Source of the DNA: Syntrophales bacterium
GTDB taxonomy: Bacteria > Desulfobacterota > Syntrophia > Syntrophales > UBA2210
Assembly (NCBI GenBank): GCA_963662405.2
Contig: CAXXKT010000001.1
Span: 704,001-768,000 of the forward strand
Reading direction: 5' to 3'
Length of the DNA: 64,000 nt
Shown here: positions 30,723-41,565 of the stretch, in pieces
Position numbering within the stretch: the first letter of the stretch is position 1
How the letters are laid out: every line of letters starts with the position of its first letter
Position numbers and translations under genes: made by a program
Notes under the pieces: generated by a model
The model's input: only the letters and a program-made list of their open reading frames with translations
Database searches by the model: none
What the model was told of the DNA's origin: nothing

Positions 30723-33695
30723 CTAAAAGTCCAGTGTTTTTTGCCACTCAGTTTTCAGGGAGTCAGTATCTTCCTCGATAACGGTCGTCCCATGAATTCC
30801 GGCAACCATGAAGGCCTTCCCGGGAATCACCTTTCCGATACAGGCACAGTCATGTCCCATCATGATCGTTTCGAATGCCTCTCGTGCTTCCGGAGCAATG
30901 GTTACCACGAACCGGCTCTGCGATTCGGAGAAGAGGAGTTCGTCATCCCTCTCAATCCCTTCACGAGGAACAAGCGAGAGCGCGATATCCATGCCAAGCC
31001 CTCCCGCAAAGGCGACTTCGGCGAGGGCGACCCCGAGGCCACCGTCGGAACAATCATGACAGGAGGCGACGAGACCGGATGCAATCGCTCCACTGAGTGC
31101 TCGGTAAAGGCCCTTTGCCTTCTGCGTGTCGACCGTCGGGACGGCATTTCCTATGAACCCGTGCAGGGCGAACCACTCGGACCCGCCCAGCTCCGCTCGA
31201 GTCATGCCCAGCACGTACACCAAGTCACCCGGTTTCTTGGCGTCCATGGTGACCGCCTTTCTGACATCCTCGATCTTTCCCATAATGGAAAAGAGGAGGG
31301 TTGGGGGGATTGATATCTTCGTGTTCCCGATAAGGTAATCGTTTTTCATGCTGTCTTTCCCGGAGATACAGGGAACCCCGTACGCCGTGGTGTAATCGTA
31401 GAGGGCCCGGTTCGCGCGGACAAGCTGGGCCAGCTTGTACCGGCCATCGGGGGTCTTCTCCGATTCCACCGGATCACACCAGCAGAAGTTGTCGATCCCG
31501 GCGAGATGATCGAGCGATCCCCCCACCGCGACGGCGTTTCTGACAGCCTCGTCGATCGCGCAGGCAGCCATGTGATAGGTATCGATATCGCTGTAGCGGG
31601 GACAGATGCCGTGTGCCACCACCACTCCTTCGAAGGTCTCCAGGATCGGCCGGATAATCGCCGCGTCACTGGGACCGTCATTCGCGACCCCGACCAGCGG
31701 TTTGACGACACTCCCCCCTTGCACCTCATGATCGTACTGTCTGACAATCGATTCCTTACTGCAGATATTGAGGCGCGCAAGCATCTCTTTGAGGGCGCTC
31801 CCCATATCCTCCGGCTCGGGAAAGTCAGGATCCGCGTACCGGGGGAAGGTCCACCGGGCATTCAACCGCATCCGGGGAAGCCCCTCATGGAGAAAATTCA
31901 TGTCGAGATAGACCACCGCCTGTTCTCCGTAACGGACGTGGAATATCCCTGAGTCGGTGAAGGTGCCGAGCATTGTCGCCTCGACATCCATCTTCGCAGC
32001 GAGGGCAAGGAATGCGTCGCATTTGTCTGGGGGAACAGCGAGGCTCATTCGTTCCTGCGCCTCGGATATCAGGATCTCCCACGGCTGGAGCCCCATGTAC
32101 TTCAAGGGGGCCTTCTTCAGATCGATCTCGCACCCCCCGCAGAGGGTAGCCATCTCGCCGACCGACGATGAGAGTCCGCCGGCACCGTTGTCCGTAATCG
32201 CCCGGTAGAGGTCCCTGTCACGCGCGATGAGGAGAAAATCGGTCATCTTTTTCTGGGTGATGGGATCGCCGATCTGCACCGCAGTAGCCGGTGAACCCTC
32301 GTGCAACTCCTCCGACGAGAAGGTCGCCCCGTGGATCCCGTCCTTCCCGATCCGTCCCCCCGTCATGACGATTACATCTCCCGGAACGATCTTTTTGGCG
32401 TGGGTGGTTTCCCCCTGGATGCGGGCGGGCATGATACCCCCCGTTCCGCAATAAACGAGTGGTTTCCCAAGGTACCGTTCGTCGAAGACCAGACTCCCGT
32501 TGACGGTCGGGATGCCGCTCTTGTTTCCCCCGTGCTCCACTCCTTCCCTTACGCCGTCGTAAATCCGCCGCGGGTGAAGGATCCGCGGTGGGAGAGGAGC
32601 ATTATGGAAGGGAGAAGCAAAACAGAAGACATCGGTATTGAAGATGAGTTTCGCGCCCTTTCCCGTCCCGAAGGGATCGCGGTTGACACCGACAATCCCG
32701 GTCAAGGCACCGCCGTAGGGATCAAGTGCCGAGGGTGAATTATGGGTCTCTACCTTGAAAACAAGGTTATAGTCATCGTTGAAGCGGATGATCCCGGCAT
32801 TGTCCACGAAGACTGACAGGCACCAATCGTTTTCCCCCATGTCCTCCCGGATTTCCTTGGTCGCCCTCTTGATGCAGCTCGAAAAGAGGGAGTCGATGGT
32901 GGTCAACTCGCCCCGCTCGTCCTCGTAAGCAATCAGACTGTTAAAAATCTTGTGCTTACAGTGCTCCGACCAGGTCTGTGCGAGACACTCGAGTTCGGCA
33001 TCGGTGACCCTCACCCCCAGACCGACCGCTTCACGGCCGCGCAGAACGCCCTCGTCACAGAGGTGTGCCCGGATCACCTTCATCTCGTCGATGGTCAAGG
33101 CGAGAACGCGGGCGTTGCTGATTCTTTGCAGCTCCTCGTCGTTTATGTCGAGGTCGATCTCCTCAACCACCGGATCGTCGTCGATGACGACGCGCGGGAT
33201 ATAGGGAACGATTCCGTGGACCGGGTCCCACTCGTCCACGGCGATGATCGCGGACCGCTGGATGAGATCGTTGGCCAGAAGCCCCGATGCGATCCGCTCG
33301 GCATCAACTCTCCTGATACTGCCCTTGATGACATACTGTCGCGATGTATATACCTGCACAGCTCCCGGTCGGTCGAGGAGAAGTCCGATCGCATCGCGCG
33401 CTGTCTTCCCGACATTATCCGTGACACCGGGACGGAATCCCACCTCGATCAGCCAGTCGAATCCGGCCGCGAGAGACCGGTCAATCGCGTATTCCTGAAT
33501 AATGGGATCGGAGAGAGGGCCGCTCGCCGCCGCTGTCAACTCTTCCGGGGCCAAATCCCCCTCAATGGTGTATACCTCGACGGTGGTCACATCGGCGACA
33601 TCGATCCCGAGGTGTTCGACGATCTTGCCCCGTGTCTTCTCCCCCAGGACATCTCTGACACCTCGTCTGAATCCGACTTCTATCCTATGAATCAT
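30723..33695 (-). CDS. purL: FGAM synthase PurL with N-terminal PurS-like extension
   Basis: WSEHCKH, ETHNSPS, DNGAGG, SEAQERM, QYDHEV, HDCSDGG, FSESQSR. Confidence 0.96.
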   Translation of the reverse strand: MIHRIEVGFRRGVRDVLGEKTRGKIVEHLGIDVADVTTVEVYTIEGDLAPEELTAAASGPLSDPIIQEYAIDRSLAAGFDWLIEVGFRPGVTDNVGKTARDAIGLLLDRPGAVQVYTSRQYVIKGSIRRVDAERIASGLLANDLIQRSAIIAVDEWDPVHGIVPYIPRVVIDDDPVVEEIDLDINDEELQRISNARVLALTIDEMKVIRAHLCDEGVLRGREAVGLGVRVTDAELECLAQTWSEHCKHKIFNSLIAYEDERGELTTIDSLFSSCIKRATKEIREDMGENDWCLSVFVDNAGIIRFNDDYNLVFKVETHNSPSALDPYGGALTGIVGVNRDPFGTGKGAKLIFNTDVFCFASPFHNAPLPPRILHPRRIYDGVREGVEHGGNKSGIPTVNGSLVFDERYLGKPLVYCGTGGIMPARIQGETTHAKKIVPGDVIVMTGGRIGKDGIHGATFSSEELHEGSPATAVQIGDPITQKKMTDFLLIARDRDLYRAITDNGAGGLSSSVGEMATLCGGCEIDLKKAPLKYMGLQPWEILISEAQERMSLAVPPDKCDAFLALAAKMDVEATMLGTFTDSGIFHVRYGEQAVVYLDMNFLHEGLPRMRLNARWTFPRYADPDFPEPEDMGSALKEMLARLNICSKESIVRQYDHEVQGGSVVKPLVGVANDGPSDAAIIRPILETFEGVVVAHGICPRYSDIDTYHMAACAIDEAVRNAVAVGGSLDHLAGIDNFCWCDPVESEKTPDGRYKLAQLVRANRALYDYTTAYGVPCISGKDSMKNDYLIGNTKISIPPTLLFSIMGKIEDVRKAVTMDAKKPGDLVYVLGMTRAELGGSEWFALHGFIGNAVPTVDTQKAKGLYRALSGAIASGLVASCHDCSDGGLGVALAEVAFAGGLGMDIALSLVPREGIERDDELLFSESQSRFVVTIAPEAREAFETIMMGHDCACIGKVIPGKAFMVAGIHGTTVIEEDTDSLKTEWQKTLDF

Positions 33696-33725
33696 TTCTT
33701 TTTCTCTTATATCTTTCGCACATCT

Positions 33726-35075
33726 CTAGGTCAGCTTTCGCTTTACCACCCCGGCGATCGTATTGCAGCAGGTCACCGTTTCCTCGTCCGTCGGCCCTTC
33801 CACCATGACCCGGCACATGTTCTGGGTGCCCGAGTAACGAACGAGGACCCTTCCCCGGTCTCCAAGTTTCCGCTCTACCTCTTGAATGACCTTCTGCAGT
33901 TCGGGGATCGTGGACAGATCCGGTTTCGAGGAAACATCGATATTAACCAGTTTTTGAGGAAATACATCCATGATGCCGGCAAGCTCTGAGAGGGGTTTCT
34001 CTTCTTGCCTCATCGCCGCCAGGACCTGCAGGGCGGAGAGGACCCCGTCACCGGTCGTGTGGTGATTGAGAAAGATAAGATGTCCTGAATCCTCGCCACC
34101 GATCGAAGCCCCGTGTTTCTTCATCATCTCGAGGACGTACCGGTCTCCCACCGGGGCCGTCGCCCTCTCTATGCCCAGTTGTTTCAGGGCGATCCCGAGG
34201 CCGAGATTGCTCATTACCGTATCGATCACCAGATTATTGGACAGTGTCCCTTCCTGCCTCATCATCCGGGCACATATCGCGAGAATCCGGTCTCCCGTGA
34301 GGACTTGCCCCTTCTCGTCGATGGCGATCACCCGGTCACCGTCCCCGTCGAAGGCGAATCCGACATCCGCCCCCCGTGCCACAACCTCTGCGGCCAGCAC
34401 CTCTGGATGCTGGGAGCCGCATTCTTCATTGATGTTCTCCCCGTCGGGATCTGCGAAGAGGGTATGAACCTCGGCCCCTAACTCGAAGAAGGGTTTCGGC
34501 GCGATCCGGTAGGTGGCGCCGTTCGACGCGTCCAGGACAACCCGCATCCCCTCAAGAGAATATTGCTTTGGGAATGAACTCTTCAGAAAGACGATGTACC
34601 GCCCACGCGCTCCCTCCAGGTTGTACGCCTTTCCCAGTTTGTTCGGCGAGGGATGGAGGGCCTTCATGTTGTTCGCAAGGACCATTTCCTCGATTTCCGA
34701 TTCCTTCTCGTCGGGGAGTTTGTACCCGTCACCGGAAAAGATCTTGATCCCGTTGTCCTGAAAGGGATTATGTGAGGCGGATATGACGATTCCCGCGTCG
34801 GCCCGCATGTTGCTGGTGAGAAAGGCGACTCCGGGGGTCGGCATGGGGCCGACCATATAGGCGTCCACCCCCATGGAACAGATCCCGGAGACGAGCGCGT
34901 GTTCGAGCATATACCCCGAGATGCGGGTGTCTTTCCCGATGATGATCCGCGGCTGGTGTCCATGACGTTTGAAGAGATGGGCCGTCGCCATACCGATCCG
35001 CAGGGCCATCTCCGCCGTCATGGGGTATTCATTTGCCACACCCCGTATCCCGTCTGTCCCGAACAGTTTTCCCAT
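33726..35075 (-). CDS. glmM: Phosphoglucosamine mutase
   Basis: LFGTDGIRG, SASHNP, DGDGDR, GEDSGH, RYSGT. Confidence 0.96.
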   Translation of the reverse strand: MGKLFGTDGIRGVANEYPMTAEMALRIGMATAHLFKRHGHQPRIIIGKDTRISGYMLEHALVSGICSMGVDAYMVGPMPTPGVAFLTSNMRADAGIVISASHNPFQDNGIKIFSGDGYKLPDEKESEIEEMVLANNMKALHPSPNKLGKAYNLEGARGRYIVFLKSSFPKQYSLEGMRVVLDASNGATYRIAPKPFFELGAEVHTLFADPDGENINEECGSQHPEVLAAEVVARGADVGFAFDGDGDRVIAIDEKGQVLTGDRILAICARMMRQEGTLSNNLVIDTVMSNLGLGIALKQLGIERATAPVGDRYVLEMMKKHGASIGGEDSGHLIFLNHHTTGDGVLSALQVLAAMRQEEKPLSELAGIMDVFPQKLVNIDVSSKPDLSTIPELQKVIQEVERKLGDRGRVLVRYSGTQNMCRVMVEGPTDEETVTCCNTIAGVVKRKLT

Positions 35076-35187
35076 ATTCCGGTGCACTCTCGTACCAATT
35101 TGAACCAGCCCGTATATATCATTTTAAAAGGATTTACAATATATAAAAGGCGAATCCTCCCAGTCTCACACTGTTGTTACGCCCGTG

Positions 35188-36378
35188 TTATCCCCCATCG
35201 TGCACCAGGTCAATTATCGTAACCTCCGGGGGTGCCATGAGACGCATGGGCGGTCCCCATGTTCCTGATCCTCTGCTGACATACAGTTGCGATCCGTTTC
35301 CAAGGCGATGCAGCCCACTGTTGTAGGGGAAAACCAGCCGGGTGAGGAGAGTGAACGGGAAAAGCTGCCCCTGGTGGGTATGCCCGGAGAGCTGCAGATC
35401 GAACGACGATATCGGCACCACCGGCTGATGTTTGAGGAAGAGGATAAAGCGATTATCGGACAGCCCGGCCAAGAGCTCCGACTCCGGGAGCCCCGTATGG
35501 CTCCGATAGATCTTTCCGGCGGAGTCGTCGACCCCCGCTACCGTCAGAAACTCTGCTACGTCTCTTTGCTCTCCCCGCAGGGGCGTAAACCCTGCGTTTT
35601 TCGTAAAGGTGAGTGCCTGGTCAAGCCCTGCATAAAATTCATGATTTCCCGTCACGGCATACTTTCCGTAGGCGGGCTCTATTTCCCGGAGGAGAACCGC
35701 CAGTCCGGACAGGTTGTTCGTCTCCCCGTCCACCAGATCTCCCGTTGATACCAGCATGTCGGGGGTTGCCGTCCTGACCTTTTCGAGGATACGTTCCAGT
35801 CGCTTCTCCCGGACAATCAGTCCGAGGTGCAGGTCGGAGATCTGAACGATCCTGAAGCGTTCGATATCCGTGGGAATCTTCGCCGTTCGTATGGTGATTG
35901 TTTCGGTCCTGATCTGCAGGGCCTCGAACGAGGCGTACAGCGACAAGGCGAACGAAATGGATAACACACAGAAGAACCGGTGCGGCGCCGAGGGGAGTAA
36001 AGCGGAGAGATCAGAGGAAGAGAGATATGCGCCCAGGTAAATCAGGAGACGGTAGCAATCGAAGACGAGGGAGAGGCAGAAGAAGAGAAAGGCGAAGCCC
36101 ATCCACAGATACCCCGTCCAGGCAAAGAGATATGCAACGATTCGGAGACCGCTCTGATCGGCCACATGGACGATGACGGGCGCGAAGACCATGACCGCCA
36201 TGAATAGCGCGAGGAGCAAGCCGCTCCTCACCCCGAGGGCGAGCGACGTCCGCGCCCCCAGAAAAAGATAGAGGTGAACCCCTCCGTAGATGAGGAAAAA
36301 AACGAGGAGAAAGATACCCTTCACCGCCTTTTCGTTGTCAATCATACCGCCTGCTCTGTCATGTTTCACCGTTCTCAT
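35188..36378 (-). CDS. Membrane-anchored metallophosphoesterase (YkuE-like)
   Basis: Four N-terminal TM segments; SDLH, GDLVD, GNHE, SGHTHQGQ, WGPPMR. Confidence 0.9.
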   Translation of the reverse strand: MRTVKHDRAGGMIDNEKAVKGIFLLVFFLIYGGVHLYLFLGARTSLALGVRSGLLLALFMAVMVFAPVIVHVADQSGLRIVAYLFAWTGYLWMGFAFLFFCLSLVFDCYRLLIYLGAYLSSSDLSALLPSAPHRFFCVLSISFALSLYASFEALQIRTETITIRTAKIPTDIERFRIVQISDLHLGLIVREKRLERILEKVRTATPDMLVSTGDLVDGETNNLSGLAVLLREIEPAYGKYAVTGNHEFYAGLDQALTFTKNAGFTPLRGEQRDVAEFLTVAGVDDSAGKIYRSHTGLPESELLAGLSDNRFILFLKHQPVVPISSFDLQLSGHTHQGQLFPFTLLTRLVFPYNSGLHRLGNGSQLYVSRGSGTWGPPMRLMAPPEVTIIDLVHDGG

Positions 36379-36688
36379 ACATACAGGAACATCCCCCTTC
36401 TCTATACCTGATTTGGCCCAGGATGTCTCGGGGTTTGACAGTTTTTTTGCGCAGGGGACAAATCCCCGTACGGATGAGCTGCGCGCCTCCTTTCGAGGGG
36501 AAATGTGGTGGGACGCGGTATCTTAAAGAAGGTTCGCCTTGTGCTTTATAAAGGCATGCCCCGTTCCATGGGCGGGATAATCCATACCCACGGCACATCG
36601 CCCGGGGAGGCCGGGGAGAGGGAGGGAGAGCTTATTTTCCGAACCATCTCCCTGGTTCCCCCCGGGCATGCGTCTTTGCCTGTTCGGA

Positions 36689-37030
36689 TCAGTTGATCGC
36701 CGGACTGCCGTGCTCGCCGGAGCCGACCCTCACCACATCATGAAGATCGAGGACAAATATCTTCCCGTCTCCGATCTGTCCCGTCTGTGCGGCCTTCGTG
36801 ATGGCATTGAGCGCCCGGTCGACAAAATCTTCGTTCACCGCGATCTCGAACTTGACCTTTTTGAGGAGCCCGCCGCTCTCCCGGGCGCCCCGGTAGACCT
36901 GTGTGCGCCCCTTTTGCCTCCCCTGTCCGAGGACATGGGATACGGTCATGAGGTGTATCTTCTCCTCCTCCAGGGCCTTCTTGACCTCTTCCATCTTATG
37001 GGGCTGTACAATCGCTATAATGTACTTCAT
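36689..37030 (-). CDS. glnK: P-II nitrogen regulatory protein
   Basis: GRQKG, YRG, TGQIGDGKIFV; directly downstream of amtB. Confidence 0.9.
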   Translation of the reverse strand: MKYIIAIVQPHKMEEVKKALEEEKIHLMTVSHVLGQGRQKGRTQVYRGARESGGLLKKVKFEIAVNEDFVDRALNAITKAAQTGQIGDGKIFVLDLHDVVRVGSGEHGSPAIN

Positions 37031-37041
37031 GGTTATTCCTC

Positions 37042-38271
37042 CTATTCCAGCACGGTGTAGGCCGATTCGTTGTGTTGTGTCAGGTCGAGCCCGATCAGTT
37101 CGCTCTGTTTATCAACCCGCATCCCGACCAGGACATCGACGATCTTGTACAGAATCCCCGTGACGATCAGGGCATAGGCGATACAGACCAGCATATAGAA
37201 TATCTGGATAACGAACAGTTTCGCGTTTCCGAAGAAGAGCCCGTCCGCCCCACCCGGGTTGATCGCCACTGCGGCGAAGAGACCGGTCGCGAGCGTCCCC
37301 CAGATACCGCCGATACCGTGAACACCAAAGACATCGAGTGAGTCATCATACCCCAGGAGGGGTTTGAGCCGGGCCACGGCGAGATAGCAGATGATCCCGG
37401 CAACCAGGCCGATCGGTATCGCCGAAAGGGCGCTGACGAATCCGCAGGCCGGGGTGATGGCGACCAGTCCCGCGACGACCCCGCTGACGATCCCGAGGAC
37501 CGTGGGCGCACCATCCATCTTCCATTCCATAAAGGCCCACGCCATCCCGGCCGCCGCAGCCGCCGTGTTCGTGGTGACAAAGGCGTTCGCTGCAAGGCCT
37601 CCCGCCTCGAGGGCGCTTCCGGCGTTGAACCCGAACCAGCCGAGCCACAGGAGGGCACCCCCCAGAAAGGTGATCGGGAGGTTGTGCGGGGCGAATGACT
37701 GTTTCTCGTACCCCACCCGCTTCCCGATCAGGACGGCGAGGAGGAGCGCCGAAACGCCCGAACTGACATGAACGACGATACCGCCCGCGAAATCGAGGGC
37801 GCCGATCTTCCCCAGCCACCCGCCGGATCCCCAGACCCAGTGCGCTATCGGATCATAGACAAACGTGGACCACAGCAGCGTGAAGAGGACGAGGGCGGAG
37901 AACTTCACCCGCTCGGCAAAGGCGCCCACCATGAGCGCCGGGGTGATAATGGCAAACATCGCCTGGAATATCATGAAGAGCAGATGCGGGATCGTTTCCG
38001 CATAGACCGAACTCGGCTCCTGTCCGACCCCGCTGAGACCGAACCACTCCAGGCTCCCGATAATACCCCCCACATCAGGCCCGAACGACAACGAGTACCC
38101 GAAGAGGACCCACTGCAGACTCACCAGACAGATGATGGCGAAACATTGCGTCAGGATGGAAAGGATGTTTTTCCTCCTCGCCATCCCTCCGTAGAAAAAG
38201 GCCACTCCCGGTGTCATGATAAAGACCAGGGCGGCACATACCAGTATCCAAGCGGTATCTCCCGTGTTCAT
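37042..38271 (-). CDS. amtB: Ammonium transporter
   Basis: FFYGG, FAIITPAL, HWVWG, DFAGGIVVH, GWFGFNAGS, DDSLDVFGVHG. Confidence 0.98.
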   Translation of the reverse strand: MNTGDTAWILVCAALVFIMTPGVAFFYGGMARRKNILSILTQCFAIICLVSLQWVLFGYSLSFGPDVGGIIGSLEWFGLSGVGQEPSSVYAETIPHLLFMIFQAMFAIITPALMVGAFAERVKFSALVLFTLLWSTFVYDPIAHWVWGSGGWLGKIGALDFAGGIVVHVSSGVSALLLAVLIGKRVGYEKQSFAPHNLPITFLGGALLWLGWFGFNAGSALEAGGLAANAFVTTNTAAAAAGMAWAFMEWKMDGAPTVLGIVSGVVAGLVAITPACGFVSALSAIPIGLVAGIICYLAVARLKPLLGYDDSLDVFGVHGIGGIWGTLATGLFAAVAINPGGADGLFFGNAKLFVIQIFYMLVCIAYALIVTGILYKIVDVLVGMRVDKQSELIGLDLTQHNESAYTVLE

Positions 38272-38314
38272 ATTTTCCACCTCCAAAAGTTTTAATTATT
38301 ACATTTTAGAGGTT

Positions 38315-38330
38315 AGCAATTACGGTGCCA
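38315..38330 (-). promoter_or_regulatory. Sigma54 (-24/-12) promoter of amtB-glnK
   Basis: Minus strand TGGCAC-CGTAA-TTGCT, a consensus match ~45 nt before the start. Confidence 0.85.
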
Positions 38331-38520
38331 GCTGGCCGATTGTCTTTAATGCCCTACTATCGTTACATTTAAATAAAGAATGGGAAGCATGGCTATCGCA
38401 CGGTATTGTGTTAGCTGATCAGGTTTACTACATTGAGGTAGTATTTTAGGTGTTGATTTGCGGGATAGAATAGTTTTTTAAAGTCTGATATTATCGGAGA
38501 AAGTAGTTTTTCCGGGGTGA

Positions 38521-41500
38521 ATGTTCAACCGATACGAGGAACTGTCAGCAATGGATCGACCTGTTTCGAACATGATGTTTGACCGAGAGGACCATGAACT
38601 CTTGGTCATCGTCAACGAGGTCCTCGGCCGTGACAAGGCGCGGACTTACCTCAAGAGCCTCCTGAATCCCTACCTGCACCCGCATGGGATCAAGGAGATG
38701 GCGGCATCGAAGGAACTGCGCGTCGCCTACGCCGTCATTCATCTTCTCAATTCGCTCGATATCGGCAAGGCGGCGGATCGGCTCGGGGCGCTGCGCTCAC
38801 TTCGGGATGAGGTGCTCTACAGCGCCCAATCCTTTCTCCGCAGGAACACGGCGCGGGTTCTCTTGCAGATCATGAAAAAACTGGTCCAGGCAGAGGGTGA
38901 TTACCACCGGCAACTGGAACTGGCCCACGATTTCCGTATGACGGCCTCGGGAAAACCGCGCATCGTCCGGGAACAATTGAAACGGTATCATCTCATTGAG
39001 ATGCCGGAGGCATGGAACCAGATAGCAACGGATGATCACGTCCACGACATCAACACCAAGGGGCGCAAATCCCCCACCCACCTGATCATGGATGCCTGGA
39101 TCAAGGGGATCCGCCGGCTCAAGGTCGTCTACTACAATCATGTCCCGCCCCCGGTCGCCGGTGAACTCTTGAAAGCGGCCGAGATTATGGGGATCAGGGT
39201 CAGGATCGGCGTTGAATTCTCCGCACGGTTTTACGGCCGGTATGTCCAGTTCATATGGGCGCCACGCGGCCTCATCAATGCACAGGATTTCCTGAATTTT
39301 CTGAAGGATGAAGAGGTCGAATCCTTCATGGCGGAGGGTCGGAACATCTCCGCATACCAGCAGCGATATGTCATGGCGATCTTGCGGGAATTCAACGAAC
39401 GGCACCGATATACCATCGAAGAGACCTACGGATTTCTCCCTCCTCTTCTCAACCAGCGAAGGTTTTTCTCCTTTGTGGGGGCCGGTCAGGCTTCTCTTCT
39501 ACACCTGGCCGAATTTGCGTACACCACGATGCTTCCGGCCATGCGGGAACACGTTGCCGACCTGCGGAAAAGGTATCCCGGGGCCGAGCCCGAGGAGCGT
39601 GAACGCATGGCAACCGTGGTGGAGGCGCTCAACCAGTTGGATTCCGAGGCGATCGTGGAGCAGTATCTCCGCCCGGCATGCAATCCCTCTATCCCGGACC
39701 CCCACGTCCCGTCTGACGGAGATGACGTTCCGGATCTCTTGCAGTTATCACCACGTCAGCTCCTCGATCGGCTGGGACGCCTCAATGCCGGCTACAGCAT
39801 TACACTCTCCCTCAGCAATCTGCATGTCGCGGATGTGATAGAACTCCTGTATGATTGCCAAGGGCTGATCACGCATCTGGAGGCGTTCAATCTCAAGGAT
39901 TTTGTAACCGGCGTGTCTCATGATCCGGCGATTAACGATCTCCAGAGGGCCATCAACGAAGACAATATTATTGTGCTGAAACGCATTATTCATAATGCCA
40001 TCAGAGACATGAACGTAAGAGAACCCGCTCGGGCCGGCACGCTGACAAATATCCTCCACGATATATCCGCCTTTCGATCATACTATCGGGGCGCGCTCCT
40101 CAAGAGTCGTGTGGGGAGTGATTCCAGCGGTCGGTCGCACCACCTGTACGGGATGGGGCTCGTGATCCGTGACACCCTTCCCCGCCGGGCGCAAGGGGAG
40201 ATTATAAAGGAATCCCCTGCCTCACGTCTGACACTCCCCCTGCACACCAGTGTCTATCTGCGTGTGAACCATTTTCCCCGGCGCAGTGTCGGAAAAACAG
40301 CAGACACCGTCTACCGCCTGATATCACGGATCCCCGGCATGAGCCTGTTCGGAAAACGGCGGGTGGAGGAGTGGGAGATAGAACGGTATTCCACCACCCG
40401 TATCGATATTTCAGGAAATGTGGTCGCACTGGGGGGGATGGAGGACAAAGGGACCAACAACCTGTCTCTGGAGCCCCCTGCCGAACGGGAGCCCCGGACG
40501 ACCCTGTCGTGGCGATACCTCAACAGTACGCTCAAAAACTGGATCAAAGTGTTGACAGGCCTTGTCCCGGCCTTCCTCACCTTTTACCTGACCAAGGAGT
40601 GGTGGCTCCTCGCCTGGCTTGGGGGATTTATCTGGTTCGGGATAACCGGCGCGCGCAATATCCTCCAGTCCGTTCTGGGGAGCGGCGGCATCAGACGGTC
40701 CCCTCTCTTAAAGTGGAACGACTATGTCAGATGGGATCGCCTGACCGATTCCCTTCTTTTTACAGGGTTTTCCGTTCCTCTCCTCGATTACATCGTCAAG
40801 GCCCTGCTCCTCGACCGGCTGTTCGGGATCACGACGGCGACCAGTCCCGTTCTCCTGTACACGGTGATGGCCCTGGCGAACGGCTTGTATCTCTTCGGAC
40901 ACAATATCTTCCGCGGGCTGCAGAAGGGCGCTGCCTTCGCAAATCTCTTCAGGACGATCCTCTCCATCCCGATCGCCGTTCTCTTCAATCTGGCGGTGGG
41001 GGGCATGCTCACAGCAGGGGGGTATACGAATGTCGACGCCATCCTCCAGAAATGGGCGGCGATTATCTCCAAGGGCGCATCAGACTGTGTCGCCGGCCTC
41101 ATCGAGGGGATCGCCGACCGGCACGACAACATTCGTACCCGTATGTGGGATTATCGCAGCAAGATCAATCAGTTGTTCGATACGTATACCGATCTGGAAC
41201 TGCTCTTCCCCGAATCCGACATCTGCGCGATGCTGGAGTCTCCGAAACACTTTTTCCGCGCCGTGAAGGATAAGACGCAAAATATCGGGAAAGTGGTCAT
41301 CATCAACGCACTGGATCTCCTGTACTTCTGGATGTACCAGCCCCGTGCCCGGAGCGCGCTCCGGACGGTTATCCGGAGGATGACCGCGGAAGAGCGCCGC
41401 GTCTTTGTCCGCTCGCAGTCGGTCCTCGCCATGGACCGGGGGATCAGCCAGCTCTTTGTCGACGGGCTGGTGGGGAAGAACTTTTCGCGGGCGCTCTCTT

Positions 41501-41565
41501 TCTATCTGGATCGTTCGGGAGAATACCTGAAGGTCCTTGCACGAATGGAAGAGGGGGGGAAATGA
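38521..41565 (+). CDS. Hypothetical protein: helical N-terminus, PHP-like domain, multi-pass membrane region
   Basis: DDHVHD..TKGRKSPTHLI..A..KG, GVEFS and GSDS follow the PHP motif order; several hydrophobic helices at ~aa 675-850. Confidence 0.7.
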   Translation: MFNRYEELSAMDRPVSNMMFDREDHELLVIVNEVLGRDKARTYLKSLLNPYLHPHGIKEMAASKELRVAYAVIHLLNSLDIGKAADRLGALRSLRDEVLYSAQSFLRRNTARVLLQIMKKLVQAEGDYHRQLELAHDFRMTASGKPRIVREQLKRYHLIEMPEAWNQIATDDHVHDINTKGRKSPTHLIMDAWIKGIRRLKVVYYNHVPPPVAGELLKAAEIMGIRVRIGVEFSARFYGRYVQFIWAPRGLINAQDFLNFLKDEEVESFMAEGRNISAYQQRYVMAILREFNERHRYTIEETYGFLPPLLNQRRFFSFVGAGQASLLHLAEFAYTTMLPAMREHVADLRKRYPGAEPEERERMATVVEALNQLDSEAIVEQYLRPACNPSIPDPHVPSDGDDVPDLLQLSPRQLLDRLGRLNAGYSITLSLSNLHVADVIELLYDCQGLITHLEAFNLKDFVTGVSHDPAINDLQRAINEDNIIVLKRIIHNAIRDMNVREPARAGTLTNILHDISAFRSYYRGALLKSRVGSDSSGRSHHLYGMGLVIRDTLPRRAQGEIIKESPASRLTLPLHTSVYLRVNHFPRRSVGKTADTVYRLISRIPGMSLFGKRRVEEWEIERYSTTRIDISGNVVALGGMEDKGTNNLSLEPPAEREPRTTLSWRYLNSTLKNWIKVLTGLVPAFLTFYLTKEWWLLAWLGGFIWFGITGARNILQSVLGSGGIRRSPLLKWNDYVRWDRLTDSLLFTGFSVPLLDYIVKALLLDRLFGITTATSPVLLYTVMALANGLYLFGHNIFRGLQKGAAFANLFRTILSIPIAVLFNLAVGGMLTAGGYTNVDAILQKWAAIISKGASDCVAGLIEGIADRHDNIRTRMWDYRSKINQLFDTYTDLELLFPESDICAMLESPKHFFRAVKDKTQNIGKVVIINALDLLYFWMYQPRARSALRTVIRRMTAEERRVFVRSQSVLAMDRGISQLFVDGLVGKNFSRALSFYLDRSGEYLKVLARMEEGGK

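Noticed and set aside
33695..33728. glmM TAG stop is in frame with the purL ATG, with 10 sense codons between (possible read-through fusion)
   Set aside because: GlmM ends at its normal length and in-frame spacing has about a 1-in-3 chance. Worth revisiting only if amber suppression is shown.
36440..36520. GAAA-loop hairpin resembling a c-di-GMP-I riboswitch on the minus strand
   Set aside because: Lacks the GGCAAA and GCAAAG conserved elements.
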